Shown here: positions 12,573 through 23,731 of the stretch, piece by piece
Layout: each line of letters starts with the position of its first letter
Position numbering within the stretch: the first letter of the stretch is position 1
From: Saprolegnia diclina VS20
Lineage: Eukaryota
Direction: 5' to 3'
DNA length: 57,156 nucleotides
Assembly: GCF_000281045.1 (NCBI RefSeq)
Contig: NW_008246071.1
Location: 190,542 to 247,697 of the forward strand
The notes under the pieces: generated by a model
Told to the model about the DNA's origin: nothing
The model's database searches: none
The model's input: only the letters and a program-made list of their open reading frames with translations
Program-made: the position numbers and the translations under genes

Positions 12573-13477
12573 TCAGCGTCCCGCATCGGGCTCCATACAA
12601 ACTGCAAGTGCGAAGAAAGTGACGAGCGCTTGCCACGATGGCCCGACCAGGCCGCGATCGGCAGACATAGGCAGTCGCCCGACGCTGGATGCTCCTGTGG
12701 GATCCTCCCAGTGGTACTACCCGCTTCTCACGTAGAGGAGGTGGATGTAGAGGAGGTCCCATGACCCCAGCATAGTCATGTTGTGCTAGTACGACGATGA
12801 TCACGCTCTGTCTTCATGCACATGGACAGAGGCTATGGTCACACTACCATAGCGTTCGCGGTCGCTGCCCTCGAGCACGGACGAGAAGCCCCTGTTAACA
12901 TGTTGGACACTGGCTCCGGTATCGCACTGCACATGAATCTCGACATTCGCTGCCCTTTTCCAAGGGTCACCAATGCTTTTTCAAGCGTAGGGCCCTGATT
13001 TCAGGCCAAATTTCGGATACGGACAAGTCTTTTGGCCGATGACAAGGCAATGACCGACGCCGTGGCTTGCGGCATGAAATGGACCTCCTTGGGTGGCTTG
13101 ACGTTGGCTTCGCCAATGGGCTGCTGCGAGACGTCAGCTGCCGCGTTGTAGCGTCGGGTCGGAACCTCCGAGACGCCCATCTCGTGCTGCACTAGTGTGG
13201 TCGATCATGCTGTTACATCATCATGGCCAGGCAAGTGATATCCCGACCATTTTGCAGATGCCCAAGCTACTTAATCAGTGCTGCTGTGCTTTCTAGTTCT
13301 GATCGCTTTTTCGTCTTCGATGGCTGTAGACCTGCCGCGGCAGCGAGCTCTGCCAGCGGTCCCAGTTCTTGTAGCCTGCTTCCCGCTGCGATGGACGGAG
13401 TGGGCTTTGCAGTTGCCGAGGAGCTATTTTTAGCCGCCATCGCCGCTTGGATCTCAGTTCTTACCGTCGAGGGCGCC

Positions 13478-14674
13478 ATGAACCTGGACCTGACCGATTT
13501 CAAGCAGACGTCGTGCGAGGGCTATGTGACCAAGCGAGGTAGACAGGCCAGTAGCAATGACCGACACCATAGCGATACGCATGATAGGCCACGTCATGAA
13601 ATCGTGGCGGCGACGCTACATGGTGCTGGACGGCGACACGCTCAAAGTCTCGTACTTCGACAGCAAGACCATCTACAAGAGCGACAAGCCCAAGGAGAAA
13701 GGGTCGTTCATCCTCGCCGAGATCGAAAAGCACGACTACAGCGACGAAGGCGGCGGCGTCAAGCCGTATGGCTTCAAGCTCGTGGGCCATGCTCCGGGGC
13801 ACGGCTACAAGGAATTTTGCGTCTACGTCGAGACGGCGAAAGACCAGACGCAGTGGCTTGAAGTTGCACACAATGCGCTCGGTAAGAACGTCGCGCCACA
13901 GGCGTCAGCGGACCAGCGGGCGACCGCGCTTCTCGGTGCGAAGCTACAGTCGTTCATGTAGCGTAAGGAGTGACGCTACTTGTTAGGTCACCGTGCGGCC
14001 TCGGGCTTCCTCACGTCCGCGCCCGTCCAGCTCCGCAATGTCAACAAGACCAAGGAAGAGCTTTTGCGCAAGGCGATCGTGACGCTCGAGCATGCGCGGA
14101 CTGTGGGCGACAACACCGTTTCGGAAATGGGCCACAACGCAGGTATCATCTGCGGCCAACATCGATGTCGCTTCATGGACGCCTAGAAATGCTCGATATC
14201 GCCGAGGCCAACATGGACTACGTGGGGACGGAGCTCGATCGCGGCGACAACATCATCAAGAAGATGACGAGTCCCTTCTTCTACTACTTTTCTAGCTCCA
14301 AGAGCAAAAAGAAGGGAGCGGGGTCGCCCAAATCCAAGTCTGCGCGAAGCCACCTGCCCCAAACCCCAATGGCAACCATCCTTGCCATGACCCTTCTCCG
14401 TGCTCATTGTTTGTAGAATTCGCCAACAAATAAAAAACCCAGTGGCCCGACGTCCAAGACAGGTGGTCCGACCACCGATGCCGGTGACGACGAACTCGAT
14501 CAGCTCTCCAAGATCCTCGCGTCGCTCGAGGTCCACGCCAACACGATCAGCACCGAGGTTGAGCGTACGACCGAGCAAATCGACCGGATTCAGAAAAAAA
14601 TGGTCGAGGCCGACGAGCGCGTCGTCGAGCAGAGCGCCAAAGTCCACGCGATCCAGCAAAAGAACAAGCTCTAA
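13478..14674 (+). CDS. PH-domain protein with two C-terminal SNARE motifs (SNAP-25-like Qbc-SNARE), multi-exon
   Basis: PH domain CEGYVTKRGHVMKSWRRRYMVL...QWLEV; SNARE-like helices LEHARTVGDNTVSEMGHNAEMLDIAEANMD and DDELDQLSKILASLEVHANTISTEVERTTEQIDRI. Confidence 0.82.
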
Positions 14675-14702
14675 CCTCCAATTGAATGAAGACGATGACC
14701 TC

Positions 14703-15161
14703 TTACTTGCGGTCCATAAAGTGCTGTCGCCGCACGAGCTGCACGTGCTTGGTCATCATCGCATTGTAGTCGTGCGTCTTGATGGTCGCGCTGTCGGCGC
14801 TCAGCTCGCGCCCGTCGATGCGCTGCCCGTTCTTGTACACAAAGTGGCTGCCTTGGGTCGAGCCTACGAGAAATGTCATGTTCCAGACGCAGCCACGTGC
14901 ATACGCACTCGACGACTTCTTGGGCGTCACGATCTTGAGGTAGCTGATCTTGGACTGCGCCTTGCGGAGGAGCTGGTCCAGTCTACCCACACGTGAGCGC
15001 CGGTCACGTCGTCGCATGACCTACTCCTCGGGCGTCGCCGCGCCTTCATGCGCCCGGAACTCATGCCGAACCTTCTCTAGCGTCTGGGCGCGCTGCTCTT
15101 GGGGCACAGACTTGGCCAGCTTGAGGAGCTTCTTGTAGGCAGCGCGGATCGTCGCGTCCAT
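14703..15161 (-). CDS. LYR-motif (complex 1 LYR family) small mitochondrial protein
   Basis: MDATIRAAYKKLLKLAKSV...VRHEFR...LDQLLRKAQSKISYL fits the LYR pattern; 2 introns. Confidence 0.75.
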
Positions 15162-15500
15162 CGTTCGTGTCGTCGTCCAAGAATTCCGCAATCACGGTCC
15201 GTCAAAGCTGTATTCCTACCCGATAGGTAAAAGTGAAAAACGCTATCGCTTAGGAGACCCATTTCACGGTCCGAGGTTTTTTCTCTTTTGGTGCGACTCG
15301 TATCGCAGGGCGTTGAAGCTCTGACCAAAGTTCCTAAACTCATTTAAAGGAGCCTTGGTCAGTATCGCACGACGCCAGAGTGCCAGAGTGGCCAACGTGC
15401 TATTGCGCGACCTCGATTTAACGCGTTTTTTAAACGCCAAAGCGACTGGAGCGTTTTTCGAGTGGTGTAACGTCGCAAGCAGTGGCCGAGCGAGCAAGCC

Positions 15501-16364
15501 ATGCCCATGGAATGGATCGACATCGTCAAGGACCTGTGCGCGGGCACGGTCGGCGGCGTCGCGGGCATTGTCGCTGGCCATCCGCTCGATACGATCAAGG
15601 TCCGGCTGCAAACACAGGCGCAGCGCGGCAGCGTCATCGCCGCGTTCCGCTCGATTGCGGCGAAAGAAGGGTTCCGCGGCTTCTACAAGGGCATGGTCTC
15701 GCCCATCGTGTCGAACGCGCCGATCAATGCAGTGGTGTTTGCAATCTACGGTCAGGCGTCGCGGGCGCTGGCGGGCGACGCGCCGCTCACGCCAGGGCAG
15801 CAGTACCTTGCCGGCGCTCTCGCCGGGCTGGCACAAGTGACCTTTTCAGCGCCGGCCGAGCTCGTCAAGATTCAAATGCAAGTCGACACGCGCGCGTCGG
15901 CATCAAGCTCGTTTGCGTGCGCGCGTCAGATTGTAATGCAGCACGGCGTATCCCGCGGCCTCTACCACGGGTGGCAGCTCACGGTCCTGCGCGACGTGCC
16001 CGCGTTTGGCTCGTATTTCTTCACGTACGAAGTCGCCAAGGAAATGTTGAGCGACGGGAAGGACGCGTCGACGATGACGCTGCTGCTCGCAGGCGGCATT
16101 GCGGGCTCCATGTCGTGGATCCTCACGCAGCCCGTCGACGTGCTCAAGACGCTCGTGCAAAGCCAGCGCCTCGATGCAATGGCATCGATCCATACGGTGT
16201 TCCAAGATAACCTCCAGCGCGACGGCCCTCGCTTCTTGACCAAAGGGTTCACAGCCACGGTCCTCCGCGCGTTCCCAGTAAGCGCCGTCACGTTCCTCGT
16301 CTACGAGCGCACGATGGAGATGCTGCACATTCCAGACGCAGAGAACGCGCTCCACCTCCTGTAA
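15501..16364 (+). CDS. Mitochondrial carrier (SLC25; carnitine/acylcarnitine or basic amino acid type)
   Basis: Three PxDxxK-type repeats (HPLDTIKVRLQ, APAELVKIQMQ, QPVDVLKT); RDVPAFGSYF and RAFPVSA motifs; intronless. Confidence 0.95.
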   Translation: MPMEWIDIVKDLCAGTVGGVAGIVAGHPLDTIKVRLQTQAQRGSVIAAFRSIAAKEGFRGFYKGMVSPIVSNAPINAVVFAIYGQASRALAGDAPLTPGQQYLAGALAGLAQVTFSAPAELVKIQMQVDTRASASSSFACARQIVMQHGVSRGLYHGWQLTVLRDVPAFGSYFFTYEVAKEMLSDGKDASTMTLLLAGGIAGSMSWILTQPVDVLKTLVQSQRLDAMASIHTVFQDNLQRDGPRFLTKGFTATVLRAFPVSAVTFLVYERTMEMLHIPDAENALHLL

Positions 16365-16431
16365 GCACCTCGTACCTTGTAGATAGACGCCCGGAGGTGT
16401 GGAATAAGAATAAATAGGAGATCTTATAAGG

Positions 16432-17655
16432 CTAGACTATCGCGGCGGCGATGGCAGCGCGGAGGTACGTCACAGCAGCATCGTAGTTGCCGCGGCGCAG
16501 CTCTACATCACCTTGGAGTGCGCGCAAGGATGGAAGGCACGGCGGGGAGGCCCACGCCTCGCAGCACACGATAGCTTCGTCCGCTTCGTCGATTCGCCCG
16601 AGGCCAAGCAAGCACATAATGAGACCGAGCCAGAGCGCTGGCGACGTCGGATCGTCGCACAAGGCGAGCTTGTACTGGAGCTGCGCTAAAAAATACTCGT
16701 GCGCACTATGGAGCGCGGTGGCTTCATGCGCGTGCTGATGGAGCCGCCACCGTCGACGACCCAAGCGTCGACGCGCCTTGAGAAGGTCCTCGACTGCGTC
16801 ACTGTACAGTGCGTACTCGGCCTGCGCAGCGGCCACAGCACCGGCATGTTCAGCGCGCAGGGCTGCGACTTGTGACTGCAGCAGTGTATGCTCTGAGACA
16901 CTGGACGGACCCAAGGCAAGCTCGAGTCGCTGCGACCGCGTCGGGCGCATCGTCTGGACAAGGTCATTAAGTGACACGGTGGTGCCCAATGTCATTTCTC
17001 GAGGACTCATATCGTGGCCGACGCAGCCGGCAAAGTCGAGCGTGCTCCGGAGCGAGAGGTACGAGCCGCGGGAGCTGCGCACGGCTGTGAGGCGCGTTGA
17101 CGACGTCCCGCGGTGGGAAGGACCGCCGATCGCGCGCATGGTTTCGTAAATATCATCCAGTGAGACCGACGTCGTCGAGTCCGCCGAGCTCTCGGACGAG
17201 CTGTCGTTCGAGTCGTCCTCCGACTCGGCGACCGGCGGGTAGATGCTCGAGTACGCGACCATTGTCGGCGCCGACGCGAACGTCGAGTAGAGCGATCCGT
17301 GTGAGTCTTCGCGCTTCGTCTTGGCGGCCGTCGACTGCTTTCGTCGTTCTTGAGCTTGGAGGGCTGCCCGCCACGCGTCCTCCGAGTGTGACACTGCGAC
17401 CACGTCGCTGAAGAACGACGTCATGTCTTCGTGGCAGGCGTTGCAGACGCGCTGCGGCTGGCGCTCGTCCATATTCGAATCGACGAGCATGGACGCCTTG
17501 TGCTTGGAGTGGCGGCCACAGACGGAGCGTCCGCACCGCCGGCAGTGGTGTCGCCGCGTCACGAAGCCAAACGCCTTGGCGCACATGTGGCAGCGCCGGC
17601 CGTGGGACCAGGACGCCCGCGGCATGGCGGCGGTCGCTGCTCGCGGCCGTCGCAT
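16432..17655 (-). CDS. FYVE zinc-finger protein with coiled coil and C-terminal TPR-like helices
   Basis: CHMC..F..VTRRHHCRRCGRSVC..HS...RVCNAC; TPR-like LWLGLIMCLLGLGRIDEA and GDVELRRGNYDAAVTYL. Start uncertain. Confidence 0.85.
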   Translation of the reverse strand: MRRPRAATAAMPRASWSHGRRCHMCAKAFGFVTRRHHCRRCGRSVCGRHSKHKASMLVDSNMDERQPQRVCNACHEDMTSFFSDVVAVSHSEDAWRAALQAQERRKQSTAAKTKREDSHGSLYSTFASAPTMVAYSSIYPPVAESEDDSNDSSSESSADSTTSVSLDDIYETMRAIGGPSHRGTSSTRLTAVRSSRGSYLSLRSTLDFAGCVGHDMSPREMTLGTTVSLNDLVQTMRPTRSQRLELALGPSSVSEHTLLQSQVAALRAEHAGAVAAAQAEYALYSDAVEDLLKARRRLGRRRWRLHQHAHEATALHSAHEYFLAQLQYKLALCDDPTSPALWLGLIMCLLGLGRIDEADEAIVCCEAWASPPCLPSLRALQGDVELRRGNYDAAVTYLRAAIAAAIV

Positions 17656-18370
17656 TCTAGCACACGCCACTTCTTGTATTTGACTATAATTGGAGTCCGC
17701 ATGGACAACGAACGCAGCCTTCGCCACACTGCATCTTCCGGTTCGCCATCTGGGCGGAGTAGAAAGTGCAGTTTCGTATTTTGACACGCATCCCACTTGC
17801 ACAACAGTCTCCGACGAGCGCATAACATGTTTAACGGAGTGTGATTCGACGTTAAACGGGATGTGATTCCACGTCTAACGTGTCTCTGAGTGTTATACGT
17901 GGTGCCACAGTCGTGACGATGTCGACGCTGGCGATTCATGGGGTCGTGCGAAGGATGGGCACAAACTGGATTTACTCGCCATAGCTCATTTTCGGTCGAC
18001 GTTCAATGTAGCAGGCAGCTTGCGGGTGTATGCATCGAAAGAATAAAACATTAATTCCCTTGGTACGTATGCTCGCGTCGATTATACTCCCAGAACCTCC
18101 CACCCACCTCTTCCCTGTACACCGCGATGGTGCACACCTTATCGTGTATCTCATTGCTGCCCCTTTACAGCCAAGTCGCTTCTCATCTCAGCTGGTCTAC
18201 CTGTCGTAAACCAAATGCGACGGCTGCTATGCCAGACTTGGTCCGATGTGCTTGTCCCAACGATGATGGGCACCACAACGCCATCGCTGTCGGTTGCCGC
18301 CATTTCGGTGGGCTAAAAATGACTTTTGCTAGTCGGGATTGGGCTTCTTTCCGACTCCTCGACGCCAAAT

Positions 18371-20160
18371 ATGTCGACCAAGATCAACAATGGGCTCTTC
18401 ATGGGCGACGTGGACGCCGCGCAGGACGCCGACTTTTTGAGTCTCAACGGCATTGAGTTTGTCGTCAACTGCGTTCCGTGCGAGATGCCCAACGTCTTTG
18501 AAGCCGACGGCGTCCAGTGCGGCATACTCGAGTTGAGTTTCAGACTGGATTGACGCTGGTGACTGTAGGTACTTGGCGCTCGACATGGTCGAAGACCCGT
18601 CGAGCAGTGCGCTCCTCTTTGATTTGCGGAGCCAAGAGTTTTTGGACGTCGTCGACTTTCTCGAGAGCGCGATGGAGCAGAGCCAGAGCGTCCTCGTGCA
18701 TTCGATGGACGGCGTCTCGCGCAGCCCGAGCGTCATGATGAGCTACCTCATGGTCAAGTACCAATGGTACACAAAATACCCATATAGTCTCGAACAACGG
18801 CGGCGTAGGAGCCTCGACAAGGCGTTCGACTACGTCAAGATGAAGCGCGGCGACATCAACGTGCACCCTGCGTACCTCGAGCAGCTGTCGAGCCTCGACA
18901 GCCAGCTTCAAATCAAGTTTGCGGGGCGGATTTCGCGCCAAAAGCGCTGCGAGTGGGACCCGCGCCATACTGGTAGAAGCTTCTTTCTCTCGGTTGCTCA
19001 TGACGGCCGCAGATCCCACCACGGACGAGCTCGTGCTCGTCAACACGTTTTTGAACGTTGCGTCGACAGCAGCGGGCACTGATGACGACGACCGGGAGCG
19101 GCGCGACCTGGCCGCCAAGACCAAGAAGAGCCTGCTGTGGCTCGACTTGTGTCCGCGTCTGGTAGAGTATCGAGCGCCATGAGTCGGTACTTAGGACTGC
19201 AACGTCGTAGCGCAAGATGCACCCCGACTATGACTTTACAAAGCTCGAGCGACCGCCGAGCGCCTCGTATAGCGCCCTTGTGGCTGTAAGAAGAGGGCGC
19301 ATCGTGGATGGAGGCGTGACGGCAGTTTAGGGCAACGGGTGGGTCGACACCCTCGAGCCGGTTGCTCGGCGCCGCGGTGTCGAGTCCCGACCGGTACAGG
19401 ACGTCGACTTGAGCCTAACAGACGACGACGAGAGTGAACCGGCCAAGCCCGCGGCCGACAGCTGGGACCTCTCGTACTCGGATCCAGGCATTGGCCACGA
19501 CGCCGACTCGAAACAGTGTACGCAGATTCTGTACGTAGCGACGTGGGCATGAGCTAGAGTGTAGACGACACGGACGACGACGGGCGCAAGACGCGCCACG
19601 GATCGATTCCGAGCCACCACATCATGGCGAGCAAGGCCGTGGCCAAGCGAGACGAGAGTAACCAGCAGCACTCGCCAACCGAAGCGCCTTCGTCGGGTGC
19701 TCCGCGGTACCTTCAACACACCAAGAGTTCGCGCAACGCAAAACTGCTCGTCAAGCCGCCGCTGCCTCGCCGAGGGTCGAGCAAGCCCGACCAGCTCGGG
19801 GACATGCTCCAGCGCTTCAAGCTCGACGACGACGCGAGTCGTAGCAGTACTACTACAAAGCCCCGGACGCGGCCAGGCCCAACCAAGGCCAAGGTACCGC
19901 CGCGCCCTCGCACGTCGCCGTCAAGTACCAAGCCAAAAGCATCGCTCATGCAAAATGTGATTCGCGGCAAGAGCTCGTCCAACGCCATCAATCCCGCGAT
20001 CCATGTGACGCCCGTCAAGACCCGGCGCAATGTGCCCACGCCACCGGTCGTCTACGGCTGGGCCGAGAAGAAGCAAGGGCCGACAAAGAAGCCGGACGCA
20101 GTCAAGCCGCCAAGTTTGCGCCAAGCAGGCAACCGCGTGACGCCGGCCAAGTGGCGATAG
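18371..20160 (+). CDS. Dual-specificity phosphatase-fold protein with catalytic Cys replaced by Ser, plus a long low-complexity C-terminus
   Basis: KINNGLFMGD, GIEFVVNC, SVLVHSMDGVSRSPSVMMSYLMVKY, AFDYVKMKR; multi-exon. Confidence 0.85.
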
Positions 20161-20289
20161 AGGGATCGATCCCCCGCATCGACGTAATGCACCATACCTG
20201 CCCTCTTGCGCCTTTTAGAACCAAGTAGAACGCAGGCACAAAGGGTTAGTAGCTGGAGTGTGACGACGCTATACAAACGAACGCAGGGC

Positions 20290-23168
20290 CTAGGCGTCGG
20301 GCTTGAAGTCGGGGTTCTTGCGCAAAATGACAACGCCCTCCAGGACGTTCGTGTGCGCGAGGTACTCGTCCGTCGCGAGCTCGGCACGGTCCTTGACGTT
20401 GAGCAAAACGGGCGTGTTGTGAGTCTGGAACCCCGTAATTGACTTGGGGCGGCCGGCCTGCCCGACGACTTCGACCTACACGCGCTAAGTATACTACTGT
20501 CAAGAAGACTACACTCGTACCGCTTGACCGACGCGCACCGAGACCGGCAGCGGGTTGCCGTCCTCGTCGACAGTGATGAGCATGCGCGGCTGCATCGCCG
20601 TGACAATGCAGTACAAAAAGTAGTGCGAGTTGTCAAAAATGGTCTTCTCCATGTCGAGCGACGCGTGGAGGACGGCGAGGAGGCCACTGACCGCGACGCG
20701 CGACATGATGAGGCGGTCCGAGTGGAACGGGTGCAGCGTGATGAGCCCCTTCCCCATGTGCAAGAGGCCTTGCGCGATGCGTGTGACAAACAGGTGGTTG
20801 GCTTCGCGGCTATAAAACTCCGAGAGCTGGCGCAAAAGACCCGCAACGCGCGAGTTGTTGGTTCCGGCCGACGCCAGCCCCAGCGCAAGGATCGCACTCT
20901 GCGCGACGCCCGCGTCCACGTCGTGCGTGAGGCGCGAGAGCGTGTCAATGAGCGTGTACTCGGGGTTCGAGATGCTCAAGAGCGCCAATGCCAGCGGCAC
21001 CGCGCGACGGACGTTCACCTCGCCGTACTGAAGCAAATGGTCAAACGTGCGCATCGCCATCTCCGTGCCCACGTTCTCGCCCATTGCGACAAGCCCGATA
21101 CCGAGCACGGCCGCGCTCTGGTGCGCGCCTTCCTTGACGTCGTCGACATAGTGCGTCGCGCACTCGCGGAGAAGCGACTGCACCTTGAGCACGTTGCCCG
21201 TCCCCGCGTACGCGCACGTCTCAAGCGTGATCGAGAGGTACTTGGAAATGCGGTGCGAAATGGTCTTGGCCGCCTCGAGCATCGCGTCGACGCGCTCTTG
21301 GCGCCTAGAAGTTTATGAGCCTTGCAGGTAGACGCACTGGTTTGTACCCGAGGTAGAGCAAGCCGAGGCCGAGGCAGAGGAAGCGGGCGCACGATGAGTC
21401 GAGCTCCGCGTCCGTGCTTTCCATGAGGCGCTGCATGATGACGCTACCGGCCTCTTCGTCGCACGTGCCCACCTCGACCATACCAAGCGCGAGCGCCGCG
21501 TATGCCACTTCTTGGATATCCGCATTCTCATCGGCATGCGACACGACCGGGATGAGCAGCTCGGAAACGTCTTCGCGCGACGAGCCCGCGTAGGCAATGC
21601 CGAGGCCGAGGCACGACGCACACCGGATCGAGCAGTTGCCAGAGTCCACGTGCTCGGCGAGCAGCGCGAGCGCCGGGTCGCACTCGTTGCGGATACCGGC
21701 GCTGACGATGCCGACACCGAGGATCGCGCCGGCCTTGATGTGGTGGTCGCCCGAGTAGAGGAACTTGTCGATCTGCGTAATGCCTTCCTCGACGTTCCAG
21801 AGCATGATCATGCCGAGCGACGCGGCCGCGCTCGTCATGCCGTGCTCTTTGTTCTTGTAGAGCCAGTTGTTGCCTTCGACCGTCATGAGCTTGTCCGTGC
21901 CGTAGCCGGCGTTGACGAACGCGTTGACAAAGGTCGACGCGAGGTTCGCGCGCGCAGAGTCCGTCGGCGCGTTCGAGTCGCGGCCGCGGGCCACGCTGCC
22001 CGTCTCGCTCAAGTGCGACTTGTAAATGTCTTCGGGCGTCTTGGCGTCGACAACGTCGAGGTCCCGCGCGAGCGCCAAAAACTTGTCGCTCAAGTCTGTG
22101 TTGCTAATCTAGATGGCACCAGGTGATTGCGAGGCCGTGGATACAACACAGCGTACCATGTCGTTGGCCGACGCTTCGTGCTCGTCTTCAAAGCAAAAGC
22201 GCTGGCGGCCGAGAATGTAGCCCATCTGGTGACGCGTGGCCGTGTCGGTGCATTTGGCGAAGACGTCGGCGACGAGCTCTTCGCTGCCCATGCGAAGTGC
22301 GACGCGAAGCGCGTCCGGGTACTGCTCGACGCGGATGTAAACGGCGTACGCCGTCTGCAGCAACGTCAGAAGGTCGTCCGGGTCCGACATGAAGTCGGCG
22401 CACGCCAAGAGGTACAAGCACACGCGCTGGTAGTTCTTGTCGTCAATTTCCGTGGACTCAAGAAGCTTGTCCAGCTTTTGGACCTCGATAAGAATGTCGA
22501 TCGCCTCCGGCTCGGCGTTGTGCTGCATGTGGAAAGGCACGATGGCATCGACCATGACCATGAGGTCGTCGACCGTGGCCGTCGCGCCGTTGGGGCCCGT
22601 GATGCGTGCCGTGTATTCCTATGCGTGGAACTGAGAAATCGACTTTTCTCGGCCACTTCAAGCTCACCTCGCCGACTTCGCCAGCCAGCGACCGGACGAA
22701 TTCGTGGCCCCAGAGACCAAGCTCGGTCGAGTTGCCCTTGAGCTTGTAGTGGAGGCTTTCGCGCGAGCCTTCAGGGGCCATCGTCATGGCCAGGACGGCC
22801 AAGATATCGGCGAGCGCCTTCTGCGTCGTGATCGTGGCGTACGCCGTCTTGAGCGCAGCGTAGTGCGGCCGCAGAAACTTGAGCGGCTTGGGCACCGACG
22901 TCATGCTCGACGTCGCCGTGCGGATGAGCTGGCGGAGCGTCTCGAGCGCGTGCGCCTTGACGCCGGTCTGCTCGGCCGGGTCGCAGATGCGCGCAACGCT
23001 CATCTCGAGGTCTTCCTTGAGCTGCTTGTCCTCCTCCGAGAGGTCCTCGGGGTCAACCACCTTGTCGTTGGCCGTCGGTTCCTTCTGCTTCACGGGCACG
23101 GGCTCGTCGCTCGTCTTCTTCTTCGGGTCTTGCGACGGTACTTGCACGGTCACCGCGTCCTTGGCCAT
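20290..23168 (-). CDS. RPN1: 26S proteasome regulatory subunit RPN1/PSMD2
   Basis: [100 protein letters not shown]. Confidence 0.97.
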
Positions 23169-23731
23169 CTTTCCCTTCGATCTGCGAAAGCTTTTTGACC
23201 CCACACAGGAGCCAATTCCCTCTCAAACAGCATGCTTTATTCTCTTTCACAGGATTTACCACCTTTGTCGATATTATCCAGACAGTCTCATATTCATGTA
23301 TCTTTTCTAAATCGTCCCAATATTTCAACACACTTGGAGGGGCCCCAGCAGACGCTTGTCAAGGCTAAGCACACAAGTACCAAGCAAGCCACCTCTAGAG
23401 ATATGGTACTAGTCGTGGCGCTTTAAACTAGCAGCATTTTGTACCAAGCCGAGGAAAGGCCCACTGTCGGCCAAGGTACGTGGACGCTTGCGATGACCAA
23501 GGCGATCAACTAGACTGCGAGCGATGCGACAGCTGCCGAGAGTAAAAGACTACCACAGGCAAGAGAGCAAGCGACTGCGTTCATGGCCGCAATTGGCAGC
23601 TGTGTGCAGTGGACGTACAGGCACATTGCCACAGATTGAGACACATTGGATAATGTTTGTGGGAAAGATTTCGGCACCTGGCCGACTTGCAGTTTGTATC
23701 GGCCGCCAAAGATCTTATTTCGCGGAAGAGC

